Shown: positions 1 to 9,921, numbered from the stretch's first letter. The stretch is 64,000 nucleotides of DNA from Ilumatobacteraceae bacterium (GCA_963772085.1 CAVYWH010000010.1:17257-81256), one strand, 5' to 3'. The notes: generated by a model from the letters alone, not told the origin. Made by a program: numbers and translations.

Positions 1-75
1 TGCTGCCGAGGGTAGTGCTGGCCGTCCAGACCGAACCTGGTGCTGTCGCTACCCGTCCGCTGCCAGACTGAAGCC

Positions 76-562
76 ATGGCTGCGGTTCGCGAAACGAAGC
101 TTCCCGGCGTCGGCGTCAAACTCGAGTTCACCACCGAGGAGGGTCGCCACGTCGGCGTGCTCGTCCACCGTGACGGCCGCCGCGAGATCCTCGTCTACGA
201 CGACGACGATCCCGACGCGTGCTCGTCGATGTCTCGGGCTCAGCGCCGCCGACACCCGCACGATGTCCGAACTGCTCGGCGGGAGCACCGTCACCGAAGC
301 GGTCACCGCCGTGCAGCAGCGAGATCGAAGGCCTCGCGATCGAATGGATCGAGATCGCCCGGCGATTACCGCCACGATCGGCACCACGATCGGCGACGGC
401 CAGTTCCGCACGAAGACGGGCTCGTCGATCGTCGCCGTCATCCGCGACGGCGACACGACGCCTGCGCCCGGGCCGGAGTTCGAGTTCGCCGGTGGTGATG
501 TCGCCGTCGCCGTCGGCACCGTGGAGGGCCTCGCCACCCTCCGCGACGTCATGCGCCACTGA
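76..562 (+). pseudogene. KhtT-like regulatory subunit of a K+/H+ antiporter (TrkA-C/RCK_C domain); frame interrupted
   Basis: MAAVRETKLPGVGVKLEFTTEEGRHVGVLVHRDGRREILVYDDDDPDAC (ORF 40..498) continues as SAADTRTMSELLGG (frame of ORF 170..562), EIEGLAIEWIEI (frame of ORF 219..737) and IGDGQFRTKTGSSIVAVIRDGD...TVEGLATLRDVMRH. About 3 frame changes near 235, 320 and 355. Lies directly upstream of a CPA2 antiporter. Confidence 0.7.
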
Positions 563-576
563 CGTGGCCCGCTCAC

Positions 577-1785
577 GTGATCGCCGCCGGGAGCAGCGAC
601 TCCGCGATCGCGTTCATCGAGATCGGCGCGCTCGTCCTCGGCCTCGCGATGCTGTCGCGACTGGCCGGCCGGCTCGGGCTCACCGCCATCCCGTTGTACC
701 TGCTCGCCGGTCTGATCGTCGGCAAGGGCGGATCTGATCGACCTCGAGGTGAGCGAGGACTTCATCTCGCTCGCCGCGGAGATCGGGGTGCTGCTGTTGC
801 TGTTCTCGCTCGGGCTGGAGTACTCCGATTCCGAACTGCGCGTCGGGCCTGCGCACCGGGCTCGCCGCCGGCGTCGTCGACATGTTGCTGAACGCCATCC
901 CGGGCGTGGTCGTCGGGCTCCTGCTGGGATGGACACCGCTCGCCGCCGTGCTGTTGGGTGGCGTCACCTGGATCACGTCGTCGGGCGTGGTGTCGAAGGT
1001 CCTGTCCGACCTCGGCCGGCTCGGCAACCGCGAGACGCCGGCGGTGCTGAACCTGCTCGTGATCGAGGATCTGGCGATGGCCGTGTACCTGCCCGTCGTC
1101 GCCGCGCTGATCGTCGGCGGCAGCGTCGGGGCGACGGTGGCGAGCGTGGCGATCGCCCTCGTCGCGGTGAGCGTGATCATGTTCCTCGCGCTTGCGACTC
1201 GGGCCGCGGTTCTCCGACATGATCGTCAAGAGGATCCGACGAGACGCTGCTGCTGACGATCTTCGGGGTGACCCTGCTCGTCGCCGGCATCGCGCAACGG
1301 TTGGAGGTGTCGGGTGCGATCGGCGCCTTCCTCGTCGGGCTCGCGCTCACCGGACGCGCCGAGGAGCGGGCGCTCCAGCTCATCTCACCGCTGCGCGACC
1401 TGTTCGCCGCGACGTTCTTCCTGTTCTTCTCGTTCCAGATCGACGCCGGCGACCTGATCGACGTCGCCCTGCCCGCGGCCGGCCTCGCCGTGGTCACCGC
1501 GTTCACCAAGGTGCTGCACCGGTTGGTGGGCCGCAGGGCGTGCCGGCGTCGGCCCCAAGGGCCGCCTGCGTGCGGGAACCGTGATCATCGCCCGCGGCGA
1601 GTTCTCGATCGTGATCGCCGCGCTCGGGGCCGAGCCTCGCCGACGGGCCCGACCTCGGGGCGCTCGCCGCCGCGTACGTGCTGATCACGGCGGTCCTCGG
1701 GCCGATCGCCACCAAGTTCGCGGACCGGATCCCGATCCCGGCGGCGCTGTCGGCTCAGCGGATCGTCACCTCGAACACCGGATAA
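577..1785 (+). pseudogene. CPA2-family cation:proton antiporter membrane subunit (KhtU/Kef-like); frame interrupted
   Basis: Hydrophobic transporter segments are spread over ORFs 577..891, 749..1222, 882..1256, 1268..1684 and 1581..2192 (LGLTAIPLYLLAGLIVG / AAEIGVLLLLFSLGLEYS / GNRETPAVLNLLVIEDLAMAVYLPVV / GAFLVGLALTG / IARGEFSIVIAALGA). Frame changes near 735, 860, 1215, 1517 and 1637. The 3' end (TAA 1783-1785) is uncertain. Confidence 0.7.
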
Positions 1786-2220
1786 CCCGGTGCCACACCG
1801 ACGCAACGCTTCGTCGCTCGCATCCGGACCGATCCCGTCGAAGAACTGGCCGACCTCCCACTTCCAACGCTGCAGGTACGGACGAAGGATCGGCGGGCTT
1901 GTCGTCGTCGGCGAGCTCGATCAACCGGGCATCGGTCACCCGACGACCGACTCGCAGGCGGCACGACCCCGCCGCTCGCACGTTCTTCACCCACTGCGTC
2001 TCGCCGCGAGGTGCGACGAGGTACTGCCTGCCGTCGACCGTGAGCAGGTTGACCGGCGTGGTCCGCATCTCGCCGGTCGTGCGACCGGGCACTTCGAGCA
2101 CCCTCGATCCCCAGACGCTGATGCCGATCCGGGTGAGCCCGGCGACGACCGGGTTGAAGACGTGCTGGGTGAACCAGTCGGGCTGCAGGTAACGTGGGTG
2201 GTCTCGGTCGTGTTGGTCAT
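1755..2220 (-). pseudogene. Deazaflavin (F420)-dependent nitroreductase-family protein (DUF385 type); frame interrupted
   Basis: PRYLQPDWFTQHVFNPVVAGLTRIGISVWGSRVLEVPGRTTGEMRTTPVNLLTVDGRQYLVAPRGETQWVKNVRAAGSCRLRVGRR in ORF 1766..2284. ATG at 2220 is preceded by GAGAGGAA. The first ~8 codons (MTNTTETT) and the C-terminus ...GYPVFEVTIR (ORF 1755..1994) are in other frames. Confidence 0.6.
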
Positions 2221-2257
2221 GGTGTTCCTCTCGAGCGGTTGCTGACTTGCTGTGGAC

Positions 2258-2325
2258 GAGAGCACTGCTCTCTGTTTGGACCACCGTACGCTCTTCGGAT
2301 CGAGGAAATCAAGAGCAGTGCTCAC
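2258..2325. promoter_or_regulatory. Two related palindromic boxes (GAGAGCAcTGCTCTC 2258-2272; AAGAGCAgTGCTCAC 2311-2325); candidate TetR operators
   Basis: Read directly. A 7-1-7 palindrome and a near copy lie 53 bp apart in the divergent region between start codons 2220 (-) and 2358 (+). Confidence 0.5.
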
Positions 2326-2357
2326 ATTTCAGAGCGATGTTCTGGCAGACTGCTCGG

Positions 2358-3081
2358 ATGGTGCCGTCAGACCAGCCGATCATCGGTGCACGAGCCCGGG
2401 CCCACCAGGAGGTGCGCGCAGAGATCCTGGCCGCCGCCAGCCGCCAACTCGCCGCCGTCGGGCCCGCCGCGCTCTCGTTGCGTGCCGTCGCCCGTGAACT
2501 CGGCATGGTGTCGTCGGCGTTGTACCGCTACTTCGCGAGCCGCGACGACCTGCTCACCGCGCTCATCATCGAGGCCTACGACACGCTCGGCCAGGTGGCC
2601 GAGGACTCCGCGTCGGCCACACGTGACCGCCCCCCGCTCGAACGGTGGGTGCTCGCAACCGGCGCGGTTCGACGCTGGGCGGTCGAGCGTCCGCAGGACT
2701 ACGCGCTGTTGTACGGCTCGCCGGTGCCGGGCTATGCCGCCCCCGACGACACGGTCGTCCCCGGGCACGAGGGTCACGCGGGCGCTCGTCCAGATCGTCC
2801 ACGACGCGATCGCCGACGATCGCTTGGCGGCCGACGGCGACGGCAACACGATCGACCTGTCACCGCAGACCCGGCGGGCGTTCGACGCCCTGCGGGCCGA
2901 GGTCGATCTCGACGCGACCAACGACGAACTCGTGGCCGTGCTCACGGCGTGGACGCAGATGTTCGGGCTGCTGAGCTTCGAACTGTTCGGGCAGACCCGG
3001 GGCCTGATCGACGACCACGAGGCCTTCTTCCGTGAGGCGGCGACCGTGATGGGCTCGCGCATCGGGCTCCGCGCCACCTGA
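2358..3081 (+). pseudogene. TetR/AcrR-family transcriptional regulator; one frame change near 2765
   Basis: HTH region QEVRAEILAAASRQLAAVGPAALSLRAVARELGMVSSALYRYFASRDDLLTALI (ORF 2247..3035). C-terminal half TRVTRALVQIVHDAI...LTAWTQMFGLLSFELFGQ... is in the frame of ORF 2194..3081. Confidence 0.8.
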
Positions 3082-3104
3082 CGAGCCGCCGTCAGCACTC
3101 AACA

Positions 3105-3156
3105 CCGAAGGCGTGAACTCGTTGCGCAGCTGGCCGCACATTGTTCACGCCTTCGG
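3105..3156. terminator. Perfect 14-bp inverted repeat (CCGAAGGCGTGAAC ... GTTCACGCCTTCGG) with 24-nt loop between convergent TetR and gatB
   Basis: Read directly. Position between two convergent stop codons suggests a bidirectional terminator. No U-tract. Confidence 0.5.
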
Positions 3157-3173
3157 CGGTTGGCACACCTCGG

Positions 3174-4630
3174 CTACGGACGGCGGGCGTTGAGGAGGGC
3201 GGTGACGGCTTTCCCGTCGGCCTGACCCTTCGACGCCTTCATCACGGCGCCGACGAGCGCGCCCATCGCCTTGCCTTCGCCGGCGCAGAACTTCGCCCAC
3301 GCATCGGGCTCGGCGGCGATCGCCGCGTCGACCATCGACTCCAACTCGGACGATATCCATCGCCTCGAAGCCCTTGGCGGCCGCGATCGCCGCCGCGTCG
3401 CCCCCGCCGTGCTCGACGATTTCGGCGAGCACCTGCTTGGCCTGTGTGGCCGTGAGTGCACCCTCGACCTCGAGTCGGGTCAGCGCCGCCAGATCGGACG
3501 CCGGCACCGGCGGGCGGGCACCTTGATCGGCGAACGCCTCCTTCACGTGCACGAGCGCTCGCGCCGCGTCGCCGCCGGCTCGCGGCGACCTCGAGCACGT
3601 AGGTGTCCTGGCCACGTTCGGTCACCACGAGCACCGCTTCACCGTCGACCGGCTGGCCGGTCGCGGCGGCCAACGACGCACGGCGCGCCGCCGGGAGGAC
3701 CGGGAGCGACGACCGAACACGCTCGATCCACTCGGCGTCCGGGTCGACGACGACGAGGTCGGGCTCCTGGAAGTACCGGTAGTCGTCGGCGTCTTCCTTG
3801 CTGCGCAACGTGTGCGTGCGCCCGTCGGTCTCGTCCCAGTGGCGCGTCTCCTGACGGATCGACTCGCCGGCTTCGAGCATGCCGACCTGACGCTGCGCCT
3901 CGTACTCGATCGCCCGGCCGACGGAGCGGACCGAGTTGACGTTCTTGATCTCGCACCGCGTGCCGAGCTCGGCGCCGGGCTTGCGGACGCTGACGTTGGC
4001 ATCGACCCGCATCGAGCCTTCCTCCATCTTCGCGTCCGACGCGTCGACGGCCACGAGGATCGCCCGCAGCTCACTCACGTACGCCTTGGCCTGTTCGGGC
4101 GTGCGGATGTCGGGCCGGCTGACGATCTCCACGAGCGGCACGCCCGCGCGGTTGAAGTCGATCAGCGAGTGGTCGCTGCCGTGGATGCGTCCACCGGTGC
4201 CACCGACGTGGGTCGACTTGCCGGTGTCCTCCTCGAGGTGGGCCCGCTCGATCCCGACGCGGAAGCCATCGGGCAGGTCGAGCCAGCCGTCGACGCAGAT
4301 CGGCTCGTCGTACTGGCTGATCTGGTACGCCTTGGGCATGTCGGGATAGAAGTAGTTCTTGCGGGCGAACGTCGAGCGCTGCACCGTGCAGTTGAGTGCG
4401 AGGCCGAGCCGCATCGCCAGCTCGACGGCCTGGCGGTTGAGCACCGGGAGCGCACCGGGCAGCCCGAGCGTGACCGGATCGATGTTCGTGTTCGGCTCGT
4501 CACCGAACCGGTTCGCCGACGCGGAGAACAGCTTCGTGCGGGTGGCCAACTCGACGTGGACCTCCAGCCCGACGACGAGCTCGTAGCCCTGGAACGTCCA
4601 GGTCGATTCGGTGATCGTCGATCCGCTCAT
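3174..4630 (-). pseudogene. gatB: Asp-tRNA(Asn)/Glu-tRNA(Gln) amidotransferase subunit B; frame interrupted twice in the C-terminal third
   Basis: ORF 3242..4630 is GatB-like up to ...[18 protein letters not shown]. It continues in ORF 3145..3615 ([15 protein letters not shown]...[10 protein letters not shown]) and ORF 3174..3461 ([22 protein letters not shown]...KAVTALLNARR). Junctions near 3585 and 3355. Overlaps the gatA stop by 4 nt. Confidence 0.9.
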
Positions 4631-6117
4631 GACGTTCCCACTGCCACCGCGGTCGCGGCTCGTTCGAGTTCAGCGGCGACCCGGAACATCACGTCCTCCT
4701 TCAACGCCGGCGCCAGCACCTGGACGCCGACCGGCAGCCCGGCCTCGCCCGTACCGAACGGGACGCTCATCGCCGGCTCCCCCGACAGGTTCGACGGGAT
4801 CGTGTACGTGTCGCAGAGGTACATCGACATCGGGTCGGCCGTCTTGTCGCCGATCGGGAACGCCACCGTCGGCGACGTCGGCGTGAGCAACACGTCGACG
4901 TGCTCGTACGCCGCGGCGAAGTCGTTGGCGATGAGCCGGCGGACCTTCAGCGCCCTGCCGTAGTACGCGTCGTAGTAGCCGGCCGACAGCGCATACGTGC
5001 CGAGCATGATCCGTCGCTTGACCTCGTCACCGAACCCGGCCGTGCGGGTGGCCATGTACATCGCGTTCGTGTCGGGCGCCTCGACTCGGAGCCCGAACCG
5101 CACCCCGTCGTAGCGGGCGAGGTTGCTCGACGCCTCGGCCGGCGCGATCAGGTAGTACGCCGTGAGGCCGTATCCGTAGGCCGGGACCTGGACGTCGACG
5201 ATCTCGGCACCGGCCGCCCGCAGCGCATCGAACGCCTGCTCCAGCCGTTCGCTCACGTCGGGGCTGGCGCCGGCCGGCAGGTCGGCGATCCGTCCGACCC
5301 GCAATCCGGCGACCCCTCGGTCGAGCTGGCCGGTGAGGTCGAGCGCACCATCTCCCGCGGCGGGTTTGATCGACGTCGAGTCCATCGGGTCGTGGCCGGA
5401 GATCACTTCGAGCACGAGCGCGGCGTCGGCAACGGTGTTGGCGAACGGGCCGATCTGGTCGAGGCTCGAGGCGAACGCGATGAGGCCGTACCGGCTCACC
5501 GCGCCGTACGTCGGCTTCACGCCGACCACGCCGCACAGCGCCGCCGGTTGACGGATCGATCCACCCGTGTCCGAGCCGAGCGCGAGCGGTGCGAAGCCGG
5601 CAGCCACCGCGGCCGCCGATCCGCCGCTCGATCCACCCGGCACCCGTGACAGGTCACGCGGGTTGCGGGTCGGGCCGAACGCCGAGTTCTCGGTGCTCGA
5701 ACCCATCGCGAACTCGTCGAGGTTCGTCTTGCCGATCAGGATCGCGCCGGCGTCGTGGAGGCGGGTGACGATCGTCGCGTCGTACGGCGGCTTCCATCCA
5801 TCGAGGATCCTGGACGAGCACGTGGTCGGGATGCCGCGGGTGCACATGTTGTCCTTCAGCGCGATCGGCACGCCGGCGAGCCGGCCCATGTCACGGCCGA
5901 CCTCGACACCCTCGTCGATCTCCGCCGCCCGGGCGCGGGCGATGTCGGCGGTCACCGTGTTGAACGCGTTGATCTCGCCGTCGCGCTCGTCGATCGCCGC
6001 CAGATGGCGCTCGACCACGTCGGCCGCCTTCAGCACGTTGTTGCGCACGCTCGACGCGATGTCGGTCGCCGTGGAGGGCATCTCGCCCGTCGTGTCTCCC
6101 ATGTCGCCGGCGCTCAA
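4627..6117 (-). CDS. gatA: Asp-tRNA(Asn)/Glu-tRNA(Gln) amidotransferase subunit A
   Basis: Intact 496-aa ORF with amidase signature [15 protein letters not shown]. Sits in gatC-gatA-gatB order with 4-nt overlaps. Confidence 0.95.
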   Translation of the reverse strand: MSAGDMGDTTGEMPSTATDIASSVRNNVLKAADVVERHLAAIDERDGEINAFNTVTADIARARAAEIDEGVEVGRDMGRLAGVPIALKDNMCTRGIPTTCSSRILDGWKPPYDATIVTRLHDAGAILIGKTNLDEFAMGSSTENSAFGPTRNPRDLSRVPGGSSGGSAAAVAAGFAPLALGSDTGGSIRQPAALCGVVGVKPTYGAVSRYGLIAFASSLDQIGPFANTVADAALVLEVISGHDPMDSTSIKPAAGDGALDLTGQLDRGVAGLRVGRIADLPAGASPDVSERLEQAFDALRAAGAEIVDVQVPAYGYGLTAYYLIAPAEASSNLARYDGVRFGLRVEAPDTNAMYMATRTAGFGDEVKRRIMLGTYALSAGYYDAYYGRALKVRRLIANDFAAAYEHVDVLLTPTSPTVAFPIGDKTADPMSMYLCDTYTIPSNLSGEPAMSVPFGTGEAGLPVGVQVLAPALKEDVMFRVAAELERAATAVAVGTS

Positions 6118-6416
6118 TCCTGCAGTCCGACGACCGGCGGCACGAGGAACCGGCCCGACTCCGACGCCGGGGCCGCGGCCAGCACCTCGTCGCGATCGAG
6201 TCCGTCGACTTCGACGTCGTCGCGCATCACGTTGGCGATCGGCGTGGGATGCGTCATCGGCTCGACACCGTCGAGGTCGAGCGCGTCGATGTCGGCGAAG
6301 TGGTCGAGCACGTCGCTCAGCTGGTCGGTTGCCCGTCGCAACTCGTCGGCGTCGAGCGAGAGGCGGGCGAGCTTGGCGACCTTGGCCACGGCTTCGGGGG
6401 TGATGCGGTCCGACAC
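6114..6416 (-). CDS. gatC: Asp-tRNA(Asn)/Glu-tRNA(Gln) amidotransferase subunit C
   Basis: Intact 100-aa ORF ([14 protein letters not shown]...[16 protein letters not shown]) directly upstream of gatA. Confidence 0.9.
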   Translation of the reverse strand: MSDRITPEAVAKVAKLARLSLDADELRRATDQLSDVLDHFADIDALDLDGVEPMTHPTPIANVMRDDVEVDGLDRDEVLAAAPASESGRFLVPPVVGLQD

Positions 6417-6467
6417 GGGGGCGAGGCTACCGATACCAATGGCGGGCTCGTCGTCCGCTGCGCCTCA

Positions 6468-6502
6468 GGTCATGCGTCGGTGCCAGGCACCGATGCATGA
6501 CC
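6468..6502. repeat. Hairpin GGTCATGCGTCGGTGCC-A-GGCACCGATGCATGACC (GGTGCCWGGCACC family, copy 1); probable terminator of the citrate synthase gene
   Basis: 17-bp arms with one G:T position. Lies between the citrate synthase stop (6520) and the gatC start (6416). Confidence 0.6.
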
Positions 6503-6519
6503 TTCGGCGCCACGAACGG

Positions 6520-7680
6520 TCAGGGCAGGAAGTTGGGGGTGGGGCCGGTGTAGCGGGAGGTGGGGCGGATGAGCTTGCCGACGGCGGCCTGCTCGACGAC
6601 GTGGCTCGTCCAGCCGATCGTGCGGCTGACGGCGAACGTCGGGGTGAACATCGACCGGGGCAGGCCGGCGGTCTCCATCACGACGCCGGCGTAGAACTCG
6701 ACGTTGCTCGGGAGCGGACGATCGGGCTTCAGCTCGGCGAGCGTGACGAGGATCTCGGCCTCGATCGCGATGGCCCGCTCGACGAGGTCGCCGCCCAACC
6801 CTTCCGCCACCTCCCGCAGCAGGCCAGAGCGCGGGTCCGGCGCCCGGTACACGGCGTGGCCGAAGCCCATGATCCGCCGTCCGGCGGCGACCTCGCCGCG
6901 CACCCAGTCGGGAGCACGTTCCGGCGCGCCGATCGCATCGAGCGCGTCGAGGGCTCGGCTCGGCGCACCGCCGTGCAGCGGCCCGGCGAGCGCGCCGATC
7001 GCCGAGCACACCGCGTCGGCGACGTCGGCGCCGGTCGAGGCCACCACCCGCGCCGTGAACGTCGAGGCGTTGAAGCCGTGGTCGATGGTGAGGATCATGT
7101 ACTGCTCGACGGCCCGCACGTGCTCGGGGGTCGCCCGCACACCCGTGGTCTCGTACAGGTACGACGCCGTGTGGCCGAGCGACGTGTCCGGTTCGACCGG
7201 CTCGAGTCCGGACCCGACCCGGTGGAGGGCAGCGAGGATCGACGGGGTCATCGCCGCCACCCGCAACGCCTGATCGCGCCGGGTCGCGACGTCGATGTCG
7301 ATCACCGGATCGAGTCCGATCGTCACGCCGGCCACCGAGAGCACGGCCCGGAGCTTGGCGAGTGGCGTCGCCGAGGTCCGAGCGACCGCGTGCACGACGG
7401 GCAGCAACGCCTCGGGGACGAAGCGCAGACGCGCCACCTCGGCGCGGAACGCCTCCGCTTCGGCCGCCGTCGGGAGCCGCCCGTCCCGTACCAGGAACCA
7501 CACGTCCTCGAACGAACGCTGCCGCGCCAGCGTCGTCGCGTCGTGTTCCCCGTAGTGGAAATACCCCTCGTCGCCGTTCACCGCCCCGATCGCGGTCTCG
7601 GCGGCGACCACGCCGTTCAGTCCTGCCGGCACATCGATCATCTGCATCGTCATGCCACGAGTTTCCCGACCATTCCGCAT
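6520..7680 (-). CDS. Citrate synthase family protein (type II / CitA-like)
   Basis: Intact ORF with ...IDVPAGLNGVVAAETAIGAVNGDEGYFHYGEHD..., LTIDHGFNASTF, GPLHGGAPS, GFGHAVYRAPDPR. The true start is probably the internal Met at 7653 (MTMQMIDVPAGL). Confidence 0.85.
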   Translation of the reverse strand: MRNGRETRGMTMQMIDVPAGLNGVVAAETAIGAVNGDEGYFHYGEHDATTLARQRSFEDVWFLVRDGRLPTAAEAEAFRAEVARLRFVPEALLPVVHAVARTSATPLAKLRAVLSVAGVTIGLDPVIDIDVATRRDQALRVAAMTPSILAALHRVGSGLEPVEPDTSLGHTASYLYETTGVRATPEHVRAVEQYMILTIDHGFNASTFTARVVASTGADVADAVCSAIGALAGPLHGGAPSRALDALDAIGAPERAPDWVRGEVAAGRRIMGFGHAVYRAPDPRSGLLREVAEGLGGDLVERAIAIEAEILVTLAELKPDRPLPSNVEFYAGVVMETAGLPRSMFTPTFAVSRTIGWTSHVVEQAAVGKLIRPTSRYTGPTPNFLP

Positions 7681-7682
7681 GA

Positions 7683-7718
7683 ATCAACGTTGATCGAATC
7701 AACGTTGATTTTGATCAA
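7683..7718. promoter_or_regulatory. Tandem 12-bp palindromes ATCAACGTTGAT (7683-7694, 7698-7709) plus TTGATCAA (7711-7718) in the divergent citrate-synthase intergenic region; candidate operator
   Basis: Read directly. This is a locally AT-rich island between start codons 7680/7653 (-) and 7740 (+). The downstream gene encodes an N-terminal HTH domain. Confidence 0.55.
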
Positions 7719-7739
7719 TGGACCGTCCACGATGGCCGG

Positions 7740-8961
7740 ATGACCACCTACGTGCGTTCGTCCGAGGCAGCTCGGCTGCTCGGCGTCTCACCGGCGACGC
7801 TGTACGCCTACGTCAGTCGCGGGCGGATCTCGAGGCTGCGCGCCGCCGACGGCCGGACGTCGTTGTTCGCCGTGTCCGAGATCGAGGCGCTCCGCTCGGC
7901 CAGTCGCCGCGCCGACCCGAACCCGCGGCCGACGATCGACGTGCAGATCGCCTCGTCGATCACCCGGCTCGCCGACGACGGCGTCGAACTCCGTGGCTTC
8001 GCCCTCTCCGACCTCCAGCAGCACCACCACTTCGAGGACATCGCCGAACTGCTGTGGACCGGTGAGCTCCCCGCCACCGACACCGCGTGGGCCCGCCCGG
8101 ACACCGCCGACGTGGCGGCGGTCGTCACCCCGCTCGAAACGATGATCGCCAAGCCGATCGCCCGGTTGATCATCGCCGCGACGGTGCTGGCCGGCCTGCA
8201 CCCGGACGACGACACGGTGCACGCCGCGCGGCGGCTGCTCGGCGTGGCGCCGAACGTGCTCGCCGTGCAGGTCGGCGCTCCGGGATCGACCTCGGCGCGC
8301 AAGCCGAACCGCTCGGCAGCTGAGCGCACGCGTGCCCGGTCACCGGAGGGCTACGCGGGCCGCCTCGCCCGGGTCTGGACGCCGAACCCGAGCCCGGCGT
8401 TGGTCGATGCGATCGATGCCGCGCTGTTGCTGCTCGCCGACCACGAGCTCGCGACCAGCACGCTGGCGGTGCGGATCGCCGCCTCGGTCCGGTCGTCGCC
8501 GTACACCGCCATCGTCGCCGGCCTCGCGACCGTCGAGGGCGCGCTGCACGGATCGGCGGCGGCGGCGGTTCATCGCTTCCTCGACGAATGCCTGGTCGAC
8601 GATCCGGGAACGGTGGTGGCCCGTGCCCGTGCCGAACGCCGGCGCATCCCCGGATTCGGCCACAAGATCTACCGAACCGAGGACCCCCGCTTCGCACCGC
8701 TGCTCGACGCCGTGCGCCGCATCACCCCGGACGACATCCGCCTCGACGTGATCGACGTCGTCCTGGCCGAGGTTCCCCGCACGGATCCCGACCGCACCGA
8801 ACGTCGACTTCGCCCTCGGTGCGCTGAGCTGGGTCGCCGGCCTCCCCGACGACGTCCCGATCTTCGCCGTCGCCCGCATCGCCGGCTGGGCCGCCCACTA
8901 CGACGAGGAACTCGCAGAGCCGCCGGTCCGCTTCCGCGGCCTCGCCCGCACCCCGACCTGA
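7740..8961 (+). pseudogene. Citrate-synthase-family protein with N-terminal excisionase/MerR-like HTH domain; one frame change near 8785
   Basis: N-terminus SSEAARLLGVSPATLYAYVSRGRISRL, then a citrate-synthase fold (LLADHELATSTLAVRIAAS, GALHGSAAAAV, IPGFGHKIYRTEDPRF). The tail PNVDFALGALSWVAGLPDDVPIFAVARIAGWAAHYDEELAEPPVRFRGLARTPT is in another frame and ends at TGA 8959-8961. Confidence 0.75.
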
Positions 8962-8978
8962 CCCCACGCAGCCGCCAC

Positions 8979-9082
8979 GCGATGAGCGAACGGCCCGATA
9001 GCCAGGCCACTCGCTCATCGCCTCGCGCGACCCCACCACGCGATGAGCGAACGGCCCGATAGTCGGGCCGTTCGCTCATCGC
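8979..9082. repeat. Two tandem copies (61-bp period) of a REP-like palindromic element. Copy 2 (9040-9082) is a perfect 20-bp stem: GCGATGAGCGAACGGCCCGA-tag-TCGGGCCGTTCGCTCATCGC. Copy 1 (8979-9021) is degenerate.
   Basis: Read directly. A third copy lies at 43673-43715 with the same flanks (CCCACC...GCGATGAG ... CATCGCCTCGCG). Confidence 0.85.
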
Positions 9083-9220
9083 GTTCGGGGTTCGCGAGCG
9101 TGAGGGATGCACGACGCGGGGCGGTAGCGTGGCTGGCTGCTGTATTGACCTGGCGCTGCAACGGGATCGACCGGATTCCGCCTCGACGCCGGCACGAGAA
9201 GTTGATGGAAGTCGATCACC

Positions 9221-9883
9221 ATGTCTGAGACCATTCTCAACGCCGAAACTGGCCGCCGTACCGGGAGCTCCGACTCTCGCCGTCTGCGCGCCGAGGATCG
9301 CATCCCCGCCGTCGTCTACGGCCACGGGATGGACCCGATCAGCATCTCCGTGAAGCGCCGCGAGCTGCGCGCCGCACTCTCGGGCGCCGCCGCGATGAAC
9401 ACCATCCTCGACCTCACCGTCGACGGCAAGGTGTACCCGTCGATCATCAAGGACATCCAGCGCCACCCGGTGAGGCGCAACGTGGCCCACGTCGACTTCA
9501 TCCAGGTGAACCTCAACGAGGAGATCACGGTGTCCGTGCCGTTCATCCTCGAGGGTGAGGCCAAGGACGTGCTCGCCAACAACGGCCTCGTCGACCTCGC
9601 GATGCAGGAACTGCAGGTGCGCACGACGCCCCGCCAGATCCCCGACTCGATCATCATCGACGTCACCGACTTCACGATCGACACCGTCATCCGCATCGAA
9701 GACCTCAACCTGCCGAGCGGCGTCGAAGCCATCGGCGAGCCCGACACCCCCGTCGTCACCGTGCTGATCATGCGTGGCATCGAGGAAGAGGACGCCGAAG
9801 CCGCTGAAGCCGCCGAGGGCGAAGGTGGCGAAGCCACCGCCGAGGGCGATGCCGCCGAAGCCGGCGACAGCGCCGACGACTGA
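9221..9883 (+). CDS. rplY: 50S ribosomal protein L25/general stress protein Ctc
   Basis: Intact 220-aa ORF: RLRAEDRIPAVVYGHGMDPISISV...HPVRRNVAHVDFIQV, with an acidic Glu/Ala tail. Confidence 0.9.
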   Translation: MSETILNAETGRRTGSSDSRRLRAEDRIPAVVYGHGMDPISISVKRRELRAALSGAAAMNTILDLTVDGKVYPSIIKDIQRHPVRRNVAHVDFIQVNLNEEITVSVPFILEGEAKDVLANNGLVDLAMQELQVRTTPRQIPDSIIIDVTDFTIDTVIRIEDLNLPSGVEAIGEPDTPVVTVLIMRGIEEEDAEAAEAAEGEGGEATAEGDAAEAGDSADD

Positions 9884-9921
9884 TCGCCGAACATCGGGCT
9901 TCCGCCCAGAACGCCACACGC

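Noticed and set aside
8979-9082. Possible miniature CRISPR array (two similar repeats 61 bp apart).
   Set aside because: There are only two units, each is a long perfect palindrome, the spacer is about 18 bp, there are no cas genes, and the same element recurs singly at 43673. This is REP/MITE-like, not CRISPR.
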